A stretch of DNA of 37,623 bases from the NCBI GenBank assembly GCA_000934665.2, contig KZ538983.1, forward strand, positions 1 through 37,623. The letters are read 5' to 3'. Under the pieces are notes generated by a model. That model was not told the DNA's origin. It saw only the letters and a list, made by a program, of their open reading frames with translations, and searched no databases. Shown here piece by piece: positions 24,101-35,290 of this stretch. Both the position numbers and the translations under genes were made by a program. Position 1 is the first letter of the stretch. The number at the start of each line of letters is the position of its first letter. Origin of the DNA: Catajapyx aquilonaris. Lineage: Eukaryota.

Positions 24101-27100
24101 TTACTGCTGCAAACTACCCAGAGCAGTAGGCAGGGTTTATTATGAAAAGAAAAAAATTTGAGAAAAACTAAACCCATCCTAACAGACTTGGTCCAATCGA
24201 AGAAAAAAAAACCCTCCAAAATTCATCAATTAACATTTACATGTGGAAAATTAAACATTAGAGTTAAAATCAGCATCTAAAAGAGGTGATGATTCAGCAT
24301 GAATGTTTCATGGTAATAATTCGCACCAATTGTATAGAAATTCAATGTCCTTAATATTGAAGTTCCTAATTATTATTTCATAAAACACTCATATGGAGTG
24401 GCTCATGGAAAATTAATGGGTGGAATTTTCGTCATACTACTATTAACTATATGTCTGTTGTTACTGCTAACTTAGCAGTAGGCCTATCATTGCACTACAC
24501 TGGTAACGCTAAGTTAGAAGTAACTATAGTAGTACGACGAAAATGCCACAAATTTGCTTTCAGAAAGGAGACTTCATGAGTAGTAAATTGATAGGTAATT
24601 GATTGAGTAAGACCTGTGGTACAGCTTAAATCAATTGGTGAAGGTCTTACGTGCGCCTGCCTTGTTTCAGTACTTTCATTCGGCCAGGAGGTCTTTTTTT
24701 CACTGAAGGGAATGCTTTTACTCTTATCATCTTGTTCTTGTTGTTATGCTTATTTTATTCGCCCTAACTCAGGTTCTGCTGTAGGTAGAGCTTCCAAATT
24801 TTGAACACAGATGCCCACCATCGTGAAGTCCATTCCTACCATTTGCAAAACCCAATTCCTCTTCAAAACGCTGCAAAAAATTAAAAACCAATATAAAATA
24901 AGTTTCTATTTTTTGCTCGATAAGTATTCGGAATTAGGTTTATTCAGCAAAGGGCCGAAAGCGCAGTAGGATGGTGCGGATCTATCATCTATGTTCAAAA
25001 CCTCGCAGTTCCACCTGCTGCAGGATTGAAGTTATGATTTTTTTTTCGCCAATTTCTTTCCGTCAAACACTTTATCAGTAGTTCATGATTCCTTCACCTA
25101 GCAATGTCAGTTCTTATTTACACCTCGCCATATTGTTAGTGAAATGTTACCCCGCTGCTCTGGGGTGAACGGATTGTACTTATTACAGTTGAATCCGGAT
25201 ATAATCCTTCACCCAGCATGTATATACTCACTTGTTGCATAATGTCAAAATGAACTCACCCAATGGCAAGCCCAAAAATCCCCAGTTCACTGACGACATC
25301 ACTGTAGATAACCCCAACTTGGGGCCTGACCATATACGCCTTCATCTTTGGCGGATGAATCCTATCCATCAGAATCCAAGCAGTCCTCTCCTTGGAGTCC
25401 TTCATTTTCAGCAGTGCCTCCCTCACTTCCTCTCCATACACGTTGTTGCCTCCTCCCTCCCTCTGGGGCTTCAGTACAAAGGATGCTGGATCTCTTAGGG
25501 CTTCCTCCATGGCTTTCTCACCATACTCATCAAAATCCAGAGAGTACAGGCCTGTGAAGATCTCTTGCAGTGCTTCCACCTTGACCTCATCATCCAGAAA
25601 GCGCCTCAGCATCCCAGGCTTGGAAAGTTCTTGCTGCACCTTCTTAGTGCCAGCTAGGTGGTAGTGAATGGATGGGGATTTGATAGCACGGGATCGTTCA
25701 ATGGTGAGGTGGGCATCCCATTCCAGCTGGGTGTGATAGTGGTCTGGGATGAAGGCTGCACGGAAATACACTACAGCCACTTCCTTTCCATCTCTGTAAA
25801 ATGAAGGTATTCCAGTCAGACAGGCATGTTCAGGGACAAACTTTGATTTTACTAAGTACAGTACACATGGAGGTTGTTTGTTGATATACCAAATTACAGA
25901 GTTTTTGCATTATATAAGTTTTTTGAACAAGTTGTTGCAAAATTGGAACATGCTGATATAGTAATGTGAGGAGAGATGTCTTTCCTGTGTGCTGTAAGCA
26001 TTCAGGAAATAAAACACTACTACTACTATGTAGCCTACACATGGCACTGATGGAAATGCCACAAGGGTAAGGAAGGACATACAATGTACTGTACAGGGAA
26101 CCTGCATGTAGCAGATACCGTATTTACTCGCATATAAGACGCACACGCGTATAAGACGCACCTCGGTTTTGAGGCGAAAAATCGTGGAAAATCGGTTGTT
26201 GACTCATATAAGATCGCACCCAGATTTATTGCCGTAGTTTGGGAACTGGCCTCGCAATGCATGTGCAATGCATGTGCGTGTGGAATCCATTAGAATCCAG
26301 TAAAAAAGGGGGGGGGGGGGGAAGTGGAAAATGGGACAATGCTACGCATCTGAAACGTATAGGTGGCAAGATCACACCGGAATTGTGCACGTGTGGGGAC
26401 GGGGAGAGAATATCAATGGAAGTGAAGGAGAAACGCAGGTCGTACCGTGCCGATTTCAAGAGGAAAGTGATCAACTGTGCTGACAGGACATCAAACCGAC
26501 AAGCTTAAATTTTTCAATAAACGATTTTCACGATTTCTCACGGGTTTCACCCGTTGTGCCCTGCCGTATAAGACGCACACGCGTATAAGACGCACCCTAC
26601 TTTTTGAGCTACAAAAATCGGAAAAAAGTGCGTCTTATATGCGAGTAAATACGGTAGATCAAAACATAGCAAGTTTTCCATCACTTGTGATATTTATTCG
26701 TTCAGCAAGGGTTACAAAAACATTTTGATAGCTGCAATTGGACACCGAATAAAATCTTTCAAAGTGCAACGCATTGCAAATGGGGCTATCCGTATGCTAA
26801 TTAAAGCACATTTTGTTTTGGCCTTAGACAATGGGATTCTGGGTGTAGCGTTATCAGTTTCAGCTTATTGCATGGGTCTTGTCAAATGTTTCTGACCTAG
26901 CAAGCAATGTTTCCCTTCCCTTTGACAATGAGATCCCACCAAAAACATTCTGTAAAAAAAAGCCAAGTTCTCCTGACTGCTTGGCCGTCAAAAGTGGTGA
27001 GATCTTAAATACGGCCAAGTTCAACGTCGTAGCTCTTGGTCGTACTCATTACTGGCATTCTCAAATTCTTCAACCCAAACCACTAGCTTTATTTTTCCAG

Positions 27101-29093
27101 GCCGACCTTAAGTTTAATTATCAAAAATTTTTAATGTAATTTCTCCTAATGTCACTTGGCCATTGCTCTTAAAACATTGAAAGAGTTGTAGAATTCAACA
27201 TTACCTCGGAATGAGCAATGGCCAAGTGACATCAGGAGAAATTGCATTAAAATTTTTTGATGATTAAACTTAAGGTCGACCTGGAAAAATAAAGTTAGTG
27301 GTTTGGGTTGAAGAATTTGAGAATGCCAGTAATGAGTACGACGTTGAACTTGGCCGTATTTCAGATCTCACCACTTTTGACGGCCAAGCAGTCAGGAGAA
27401 CTTGACCTCTTTTTACAGAAAGGTTTTTGGTGGGATCTCATCTCTTTTTGTAGGCACGAGGCTCGGGGTAATTGTATTAGTATTATAATTATAATTATAA
27501 TATATATAATATTTTTATTATTTATTATTATTATAGTATTTTATTTATTATTGTTATAGTATTTTATTTATTATTATTATAGTATTTTATTTATTATTAT
27601 TATAGTATTTTATTTATTGCTATAATATATTAAATTTGTATTCGTATTATTATGGGAATTTAAAAGTAAAAAGTAATCCGCGGTAAAAATGCCGCATCTG
27701 GTAACCAGCCGCAGACTTCGTAATTTTTTTCTTTTTTGAGCATTTAGACTCAAAAAAAGTGCCGTTTTCAGATTTATTCTGATGTTTGTTTGACAAGCTC
27801 AACCGGCATACCTAATTTCTGCATCCTAGGACCACTGCTAGTTCCGTATAATTTTGATGATCAGTGAGTGAGTCAGTGAGTGTCATATTTTGGCCGTTTT
27901 GGGAGTTTTTAGGATTTTTAAAGTCGGAAATGAAAAGAGATATAAACATGGAAGTAATGGGGTATTATTTTTAACCAATTTTTATCTACCCAAATAAAAT
28001 TTTTGAAGCCACCTATGTTCACCAGTGCGAAGATTCGAGGGGATCAAAATGACGTGAGTTGTGTCGGGTAAAGGTGGGTCCGGCAGTGCGGCGAGAACTT
28101 GGCGGGGGCACTGCCGTGCCCCCTAATCTGTCAAAATATGCGTAGAGTTGTGTATGGCAGGACACTCTTCTGGAATTGCAACCAAGGCTGTTTAGTCTAA
28201 TGGTTATGCGTGCAAGCTGTCATTACAAGAGTTGTGGATTTGAATGCCAATGCCAACTATCCTGAAATTGGTTTTCTATGGCTTTCCCTAGTTTCTCAAT
28301 GAAAATTTCAGGATGATTATCCATCATGAAACCCACAGACAATCCTACCTCCCTCCCTCATTGAGATTTTCTATTTTAATAACAAATATAAACCTGTGTA
28401 ACGCAAATGGAATGCCTGCACTTGTTTTCTAAGTATGGATATCATTACAAAAGCATCATAATATATCATACATTATGAGTTCCTTATCCTTGGTCAAGTG
28501 TCCTCTGGTCCCAATGTCTGTTAAAGTCTTACAAATGACATAAACATCAGGATTTTGCTTTCGAATTTCAAACTCATGGAAGCGCTGGTCACAGATGTGG
28601 TAAGTGACATCATTAATCAGGAACATTATCACTGCCCTGAAGGAAAGAGAAAACAATACATCACTTTGTTCTCATTATTAATATTATTGTATATAACACG
28701 ACAAAATTCATAAATAAATAGCTTCAGTAAGGCCATGCACTTCTGGGTTCTCTATTCATAACTATTAGTAGGATGAACTTGACAGTGGATAAACAGGGAT
28801 ATCTTCTTACTCTTTCTTGCCGTATATCTCCCATGCATCCAACATTCCAGAAACTAGTCCTTGAAGTGCATTGTTAGCTGGAAGCTAGAGGACAGTGTAG
28901 TAATAATTATTACAGTGGAATACATGAAACAAATCAGTGCAAAACTCACATTGACAAGCTTATCTCGAAGTCCTAATTCTGTCAAGGTATACCTGCAATT
29001 AAAGAATCCCTTAAGACAAGGAAAAACCATGCCACACACTCTGTGAAAATACTGTAAGCTCCCACTACAATGTAATGTCTGTCACTCGTCATT

Positions 29094-29174
<81 letters not shown>

Positions 29175-31085
29175 AGAGAGAGAAATTTCTTTAAATCCAT
29201 ACTCTCACTGATGACATGCCATATGAAGCTTGTATTTAAGACAAATAAAAGTATATTGCAACCTTGCATAGCCACTTACAGAGGCCACATGTGCCTGGTA
29301 AATATGTATGTATCAATCAAATAAAAGTTTACCTGTGAATTTCAGCTGAGACAGGCCCCAACCACCCACCTCCAGCTGCTATTGTGTTGACCTCCACTTG
29401 CTTCCAGCAACAGTAAGGCTGGCACTCATTACTCTTGCAGCAATTCTGTTTCCAACAGCTACATTCCTTTCCTTCTGCTGTGTCCAGCATGATATCTGAG
29501 CGAATCATACCAAGCGATACAGGCTGAGAAATTCCTTCTTCCCTGACAGTCTCATAAATATCCCACAGTCGCTTGGTAAAATTGTCTACTTCAATTGTGC
29601 TGAAAATATATTAAAGCGGGTGGTTTGTTACGGTAGAAATGGATTTCCAGATGCAATTTACAGGCAATCAGGTTGAGGTACTTGATGATCTTGCAACTCA
29701 TATTGTAAAATAAATATAGTAAGCAATTTAACCTGTTCAACACATCAGGAACAGGTGTTACTCACTTCTTCAATGACATCTTTAGAAAGTTGTAATCATG
29801 AGCCACTTTGTGTATGACCTCATTGATGACAGTCTGGATGTCTACTGCTTTATTGAATTCACGTCGGGGGAATGTAGATGGGAGGAGAAGGTAGGGGACA
29901 AAGTTCATGGAATCTATGCTGAAGTCTGTCTGTGACCTCATTCCAGCACCTGTAAAAATGACAACATTATTTTGTGATGATTTACCAAGTGATTTACTTA
30001 CCACAGTGGACATAGTAAAATTCATGGCTAGAGCCATCCTTTTTCAAGAGCGCTAATGTTCTTCCAAAAAGAGATTATTTCATAAATATTGGGTGTTTTT
30101 CAAAGTGAAGGTCATTTCTGATATTCTCTTTCAGCTGTTTAGACTACATTCACATCCATAATTATATATCTAGCAAGATGAAGCCACTAATTACTAATAA
30201 TGTGTTGTATGTCAGATAAGAGCAAGCAAGAAATCCTCCATATTTTTAAAACCCAGATAATTTAGAATGGATTGTGGCCACCTAGGTCTACAGACCTGAC
30301 CTCTGCAGATGATTCTGCCCAGGTCATATGAAATGGAAGAGTGTACTCTAACCCTGGGACAAGTGAGCAGCTGAAAGATCAAATGCGAGTCTGCATTAAC
30401 TTTTGGTCATTTTCAATGTGATATCTAGGATGGATGACTCTTTTGATGAGGGCATCATATTCACTCTAACTAGATTTGATATGTCCAAACTTGTGAGAAC
30501 TATTTCACAAGAACACAGTTGCACAGTGAGTGAATCACCCTAAATCAAAAGTTAACATCAATATGAAATTATGAACAGAGAGAACCCACAGCAACTCTTT
30601 CCTACAATAGGAAATGCATCATCTGACCTGGGAATTATTAAACTGAGAACATCAGAAGATTTTTTGTTGCAAAAGGCATTGCAAAATCTACAAAGAATAG
30701 GGCTCCATGGCTCCATGATTGTGAAATGACTTCCAGAGTGATATCACTCATGTCCTCATGATATGTACAAATCTGCCCTCTGCATATGTTTCAATTCAAT
30801 GTTCTTCCTGCAGACAATGACCTTGTTCACCATACGAAAGCAAGAATGTTGCATTGCAAACTGACAGAGAATGTGACAATCATCTTCTCCGTCTTTACAA
30901 TATTGTCACAAGTGCACGAGTATGAATGTTGTGAAAATGCATGCAATTTCTCCAAAATATTTGCCTGCTGTACAACTGGGGGAACATATGAAAATAATAC
31001 CATGCATGACGGCCCAGTCCCTGGACTTGTCCACCAAATCCTCCAGCACATCATCCGGCAAGGGCAGGGGCACGCAGGGCTCCAT
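19766..31085 (-). CDS. GSS: Glutathione synthetase (eukaryotic ATP-grasp type), 504 aa, 8 coding exons
   Basis: Exons 31085-31001, 29949-29766, 29599-29333, 28992-28950, 28884-28811, 28636-28472, 25793-25260, 19928-19766 total 1515 nt, all GT-AG. Motifs DWAVMHG, LLPSTFPR, LGMIRSDIM, KQVEVNTIA, VAVVYFR, LAGTKKVQQ, FVLKPQREGGGNN, SELGIFG, GHMLRTK, EGG..GLGALDS. Confidence 0.95.
20500..21050 (+). repeat. Interspersed repeat family A, copy 1 (~550 bp)
   Basis: GCCCCTAAGTA...GGTAGAGCTTCCAAATTTTGAACACA...CCCCGCTGCTCTGGGGTG...GAATCCGGATATA; also at 24728-25203 (+) and 36229-36760 (-). Confidence 0.9.
21049..21364 (-). mobile_element. SINE-like element with (ATT)n tail, head interrupted
   Basis: (AAT)n at 21049-21137; body GGAAGGAAGCGG...CCTGG...GGGAAACCACAGAAAACCAC resembles reverse-oriented tRNA-SINEs of polyneopteran insects (from memory). 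Confidence 0.55.
21365..22428. mobile_element. Non-autonomous DNA transposon with ~225-bp TIRs
   Basis: GGGTGCAGTTTAGAGCCGCAAAA... is mirrored by ...TTTTGCGGCTCTAAACTGCACCC; long imperfect arms at 21365-~21590 and ~22200-22428. Confidence 0.85.
22483..23286 (+). mobile_element. Internally deleted hAT (Buster/Charlie) transposon
   Basis: TIR-like GGTTCCCAACCT / AGGTTGGAAACCGCTG, subterminal GGGGTACGCG repeats, internal transposase remnant. Confidence 0.8.
22645..22968 (+). pseudogene. hAT transposase C-terminal dimerization-domain remnant
   Basis: Translates to ...SLISFWADTSREYEQLSDKALQFLMPFTSTELVERAF*WSYTFIKNKYRNKL...DLRLYLTSIEPDFKKLCASKQGQGSH*, with one in-frame stop. Confidence 0.85.
23334..24727. 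mobile_element. Long-TIR fold-back element (possibly Sola3-like) hosting a Kolobok-like MITE
   Basis: ATAAGAGTATAAACATTCCCTTCAGTGAAAAAA...AAGACCTTCACCAATTGATTTAA is mirrored at 24597-24727. Confidence 0.75.
23448..24033. mobile_element. Kolobok-like MITE
   Basis: TTAA-AGGGACACTCCACTCAAAATACAAG...CTTGTATTTTGAGTGGAGTGTCCCT-TTAA; ~100-bp TIRs; internal (CCACCTGCGC)x5 at 23841-23890. Confidence 0.85.
24728..25203 (+). repeat. Interspersed repeat family A, copy 2 (5'-truncated)
   Basis: Colinear high similarity to ~20570-21050. Confidence 0.9.
26118..26654 (+). mobile_element. pogo/Tigger-family non-autonomous element with a transposase N-terminal remnant
   Basis: TA-CCGTATTTACTCGCATATAAGACGCAC...GTGCGTCTTATATGCGAGTAAATACGG-TA; 26416-26508 encodes MEVKEKRRSYRADFKRKVINCADRTSNRQA* (Brinker-type DBD start, as in POGK-like transposases). 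Confidence 0.85.
26930..27439. mobile_element. Fold-back MITE with ~240-bp arms (GAG...CTC termini)
   Basis: GAGATCCCACCAAAAAC...GGCCATTGCTC is mirrored by GAGCAATGGCC...GTTTTTGGTGGGATCTC, with a ~43-nt spacer. Confidence 0.85.
27451..28127 (+). mobile_element. Helitron/Helentron-like non-autonomous element
   Basis: 3' GC hairpin GGGGGCAC-TGCC-GTGCCCCC (28104-28123), internal (TGAG/TCAG) microsatellite at ~27860-27882, AT-rich ~22-nt tandem repeat at 27520-27620, no TIR. Confidence 0.45.
29096..29182. repeat. (GA)n microsatellite in a GSS intron
   Basis: Direct observation. Confidence 0.95.
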
Positions 31086-31136
31086 CCTTGAAGGCACCAA
31101 CCTGTTGAGCAGAAGTGACTATCACAACCTCCTTCC

Positions 31137-31189
31137 CACGGAGCCTTTAGTCATCCAAGCACAGTGCTTGGATGACTAAAGGCTCCGTG
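31137..31189. mobile_element. 53-bp perfect palindromic micro-element with 8-bp TSD
   Basis: CACGGAGCCTTTAGTCATCCAAGCAC-A-GTGCTTGGATGACTAAAGGCTCCGTG, flanked by ctccttcc on both sides. Confidence 0.85.
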
Positions 31190-31438
31190 CTCCTTCCCTC
31201 AGAACACTTATACGCACTACAACTCTCCTCTCTACCTCCCCCTCGTCTATCATAATAACTCAGATATGCAGAGTGTCCCCTACAGGCGACACCTGCACAG
31301 TTGTTACATTTTAATTTTTTGCGCAGGTTCTTCTACTGCTAAAGAGCTGGCAGTAGTCAAGTGTGCTTCAGTCGAGTCCCAGCTAACGATACATGTTCAA
31401 ACCTGCTCAATATTGCTTCAGATTTTTAAGATGCAGTT

Positions 31439-32412
31439 GAATCGGTTCAGTCACAAAATTGCGATTTTCAGGTTATTCGTCGATGGTATAGTACAACGCA
31501 AGGGGCATCTTATGGTATAGGAACGATGTAAGTCAGGCCAGCCATGCACGAATAGCAGCATGTTCTCATTTCATGATTCTTGGAATAACGCCCTAAGTCA
31601 GTGACTAACCCCCTTCCTCCCAGAAATGAAGCGCCAAGTCAGTGAATTCACGGATGGGGGCGTCCAGTATAAATTCAAGCTTCAGAAGTGCGCAGAGGTT
31701 AGCTTGCCAACAAACCAAGCATATGACTGTACAGGCGTGCCAATAGATGCCAAAAAAATGCAAGACATAGGCAAACTCATGCAATACATTCCATCAGAGC
31801 ACATGTCGTTTTATGACGACATATTGCAATGGAAAACTTCTGATGATGATGGTCATGGTAACTAAATTCAGCTATTATGGGTAGCCCAGATTCATGCAGA
31901 GGGGACTATTTTGCTAATGTGCGAGAGGAAGCTCTTTCCATATGTCTGAAATCTGTAGGAACGGTGTAAGTCACTATCTATTTTACTTCATAGTGCCTTT
32001 CAGAACATATTATTCAGAACTATATTCATACGTAGACATCACCTTCATGTCAGGAATGAACTGGTAAACATTCACTGCTGTAGCTTTTGTAGATTTTGAA
32101 TAAACAGTTTTTTGTCATTCTCCAAAAGTTGTATTTTTGTGACTTAAGGCCGCTTCACAAACTCGGCGTTGCGAAAGCGGGGCGAAATGCCCGTTTTACA
32201 AACCCGGATTTGCGCGAGCGGGGCGTACGGAGAGCGGAAAATTTGCGAAGGGCTATTCACAAATGCTGCGTGCGATGACCGAGCGCGGGCGTTGCGCTGG
32301 CGTCCAATCGGGTGGACTTTCTGCGTGCGATGAGCGTAAGGCCCACACGCCACGCTTTCGCAACGCCGAGTTTGTGAAGCGGCCTTTACATCCTTTTTCC
32401 TAAAACCGATTC
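31439..32412 (+). mobile_element. Sola-like DNA transposon deletion derivative with a transposase C-terminal remnant
   Basis: TIR GAATCGGTT / AACCGATTC, 4-bp TSD agtt; internal AGGAACG(A/G)TGTAAGTCA repeats; ORF 31626-31865 AYDCTGVPIDAKKMQDIGKLMQYIPSEHMSFYDDILQW resembles Sola transposase C-termini (from memory). Confidence 0.65.
32147..32385. mobile_element. PIF/Harbinger-like MITE inserted in the Sola-like right TIR
   Basis: Perfect 33-bp TIR AGGCCGCTTCACAAACTCGGCGTTGCGAAAGCG; TTA TSD. Confidence 0.88.
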
Positions 32413-33009
32413 AGTTGTTTGAATTTTAACGCAGTAAATAATGGCTGATGCACCTCCACGTTCAGAAGACGATTAGTAATTATTTCTCGAATGTTGATTA
32501 GCATTATGAATTATTTTTGTTTGTTTGTAATGCTTAGAAAACTTATGAATGATGATGTCTATGTGGAAATATAGAAATGTTTTTTACTTTCCTTGTCTGA
32601 GAGTAGTGTTGAAATCTGGTGTCCCCTCGGGGAACACAAGAGGCAAATGCACCCATCACATTTGGACAAGTAAAGTATGTGTGTGAATTGGGCATGCTTC
32701 GTTGAACTGTGTTTTAATGAATCCATCAATTAAGGGCCGGTTCCACCAGTCACGGTATATGGAAAACGGCGGGTTTTCACTCCGGTATACCGCGAGAAGT
32801 TTGCGCCACCTACGGTTTTTCTAAAAACCCCCCCTCCCCCCCCCCCTCCCATTTACCGCCGGATCCATCTAACCGCCGATCCTGCAGCACAAGTTGCTTA
32901 TACCGCGGGTTTATGGTGTTGTCGTGGTTGCGGACTGGTGCTAGGGATTTTGTGTACTGTGTGTGTGTGGGTGTGTGTGTGTGATGATTCTTCCCTTCCG
33001 GCGGAGAGT

Positions 33010-33790
33010 GAAGCTGATTTACAGTAGTTGATCCTATGCAAGTTAGATAATGTTTGTGAAAAGAGGGGTATAAGGATTAACGTAGATAAGACTAAGGTAT
33101 TGGTATTTGAGAGGGGACAGCAGGTTTCTCCTTGTACGTTGCAGGTACGAGGAAAACTGGTTGAGCAGGTCAGCCAGTTTCTATACCTGGGTAGTGTCCT
33201 TGAGAGTAATGGTAGAATGGATGGGGAGATTGACAGGAGAGTTAGTTCTGGGTTGAAAGTGATAGGTGCCACAAGTAAGTTTTCTAGAAATAAGGACTTA
33301 TCTTCTGCCTGTAGGTTGTCTGTCTATTCTCACGTTATTGTTCCTTCACTTATGTATGGTAGTGAAGCGTGGGTCTAGTCAGATAGGCATAAGAGTAGGG
33401 TGTTGGCTACAGAGATGCGTTATCTCCGGGCTGTTTGTGGGGTTACCAAGTTTGATAGGATTAGGAATGAGGAGATTTTGGAGAGGTGTAATGTTAAGGA
33501 GACTGTTAAAGATAAGGTGTGTAGGTCTACTCTAAGGTGGTTTGGCCATGTGGAGAGGATGAAGGAGGAGGAGATTGTGAAGAAGGTTTATTTGGGTGGA
33601 GTAGTTGGTAAGAGGGGCAAGGGTAGGCCTAGGAAGACATGGTTGGACCAGGTGGGTCAGTGTCTTAAGGGTGTTGCTAGTGTTAAGCCGAGACGTTCTT
33701 GTGTCAATAGGACCATCGACCATGGACGTGGCTGAGGCTAGGGTTGTTTGTTTGGATAGGTGTAAATGCCGTAGGTTAATTAATGGGTAG
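33010..33790 (+). mobile_element. 5'-truncated, decayed non-LTR retrotransposon (RTE-like) ORF2 C-terminal part
   Basis: GIRINVDKTKVL, VEQVSQFLYLGS, LMYGSEAW*, EMRYLRAVCGVTKFDRIRNE, LRWFGHVERM, GKGRPRKTW; in-frame TAG at 33376-33378. Confidence 0.9.
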
Positions 33791-34381
33791 CATATTCACT
33801 GGTTTGTGATTAATGGCAGTGTCCATTGAATTTTTCCGAATGGCTATAGAATGTTTGCAGGTTGGTCGGAGGAGTCGGCGTCTGGAGGTTCATGCTCGGG
33901 CTCTGGGTGCTGTGCAGAACTACAAGTTTGGCGAATATCTCATGCACAGTAATGCATACGCGTAGGTTGACACCGGTAGTCATGCTTGCTAGTGTATCTG
34001 CCTCTCTCTCTGTCCTGTACAGCGCTTGGAGTTCGGGTGTGGATTTCCGTATGCCGGTTCTTCTCGCTGGCCTGTGGGTGTTCTGGTCGTTTGGAGGAGA
34101 ATATTATAGTCACTTGGAGGAATTTAACAGTTACTGATTCCTCTTCCAGGGGGGGGGGGGGGGGGGGGTTTCNTTTCTCAAGTACCGCGTTGCATAGTCG
34201 TGTAATATTTATATTTAAAATATAATATTGAGAGTTTGTTGTCTGAGATGGGCAGGAGGCGGGGGGGTTATATGGGTGGTTTATAGGGTGATTTTTTGCG
34301 ATTTCTAATTTAGTTCATTTTTAGGTTAGCTTGTGGTTCCCGTCATCGCTGACTACCCCTTTATAGGCAAATGTCGTGATG

Positions 34382-34382
34382 G

Positions 34383-34433
<51 letters not shown>
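34382..34433. repeat. (GTT)n microsatellite
   Basis: Direct observation. Confidence 0.95.
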
Positions 34434-35290
34434 GACACCAGGTGGCAACGAGCGGACTGGGTCTTAAAACCGGCCCAGGCATGTCACCTATCAGACCGGC
34501 CCATTGTTTATCAATAGTTCAATCAGGGTAGTAGGCAGAAAAAATTCGCGGGGAGGATTCCATAAGCACTAGGTGAAGAAGCTGTAATGGACGGGGAGCG
34601 AGCCCGCCGCAGGCGCAAATGGGGGGGGGGTTCAAGGTCACACGAGCTTAGGTGAATGTAGATTTGAATGGGTGTGTATTTCATGAAATTGGTAGCACTT
34701 TTTCCAAACAATCATGAATTAGTAATTTCAAACATTTCATGCCACATGAGCCAAATTTCTTTCAAATTTTTAGGTGGGTGGGAGTTTTTTCTTCTTTTTC
34801 TCCAGCCCGGCCCACCGGGCATTGCCTAAATGCCCATATGGCAACCATGTGGCAGCGGCGCTGCCACATGGTTGCCGACGTCTTGGAAGTATGGCTAGTC
34901 GTCTTGTCTATGGCTTGCGTCACGGGTGATGCGATCCAATCAGCGCTCTCCAAAAATTTTGCCCGCCTACGTCTCTCATGAGCCAGCGTACTACCGAAAA
35001 CTGTTTCCAAAATTGCACTTGCACCCGTGTCTCCTGCCCAGAAATCCCCATCCTTACCTCATGTCCTTTCTTCCCTGCAAGGTGTATGAAGAAAAACTAT
35101 AGAAAAATTCAAACATCCCCACCTCCATAAAGGAGCACTGTTCTCTCTAATGCTAACGGGGTGAAAATAAATATATTAAAAAGATATTTATCCAAAATAT
35201 CCAAAATGAAGATCTCATTTTATTGCAAATATCAGGTTGGCCACGACCATCATGACAACGGCAGGTTGCGACAAAAATCAATGGTGGATG

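Noticed and set aside
23212..24804. Pairs of similar short ORFs (KSIGEGLTCACLVS; SSLRKTAYTLGI)
   Set aside because: The similarity comes from translating both arms of inverted repeats, not from duplicated genes.
33376..33378. Read-through or recoded stop in the RT-like ORF
   Set aside because: The element is 5'-truncated, lacks the RT catalytic core and has a further disruption near 33725; simple decay explains it.
32733..34501. GGGCCGGTTCCACCA left end pairing with AACCGGCCC to enclose the LINE
   Set aside because: Only ~9 bp match and there is no TSD, which is insufficient support.
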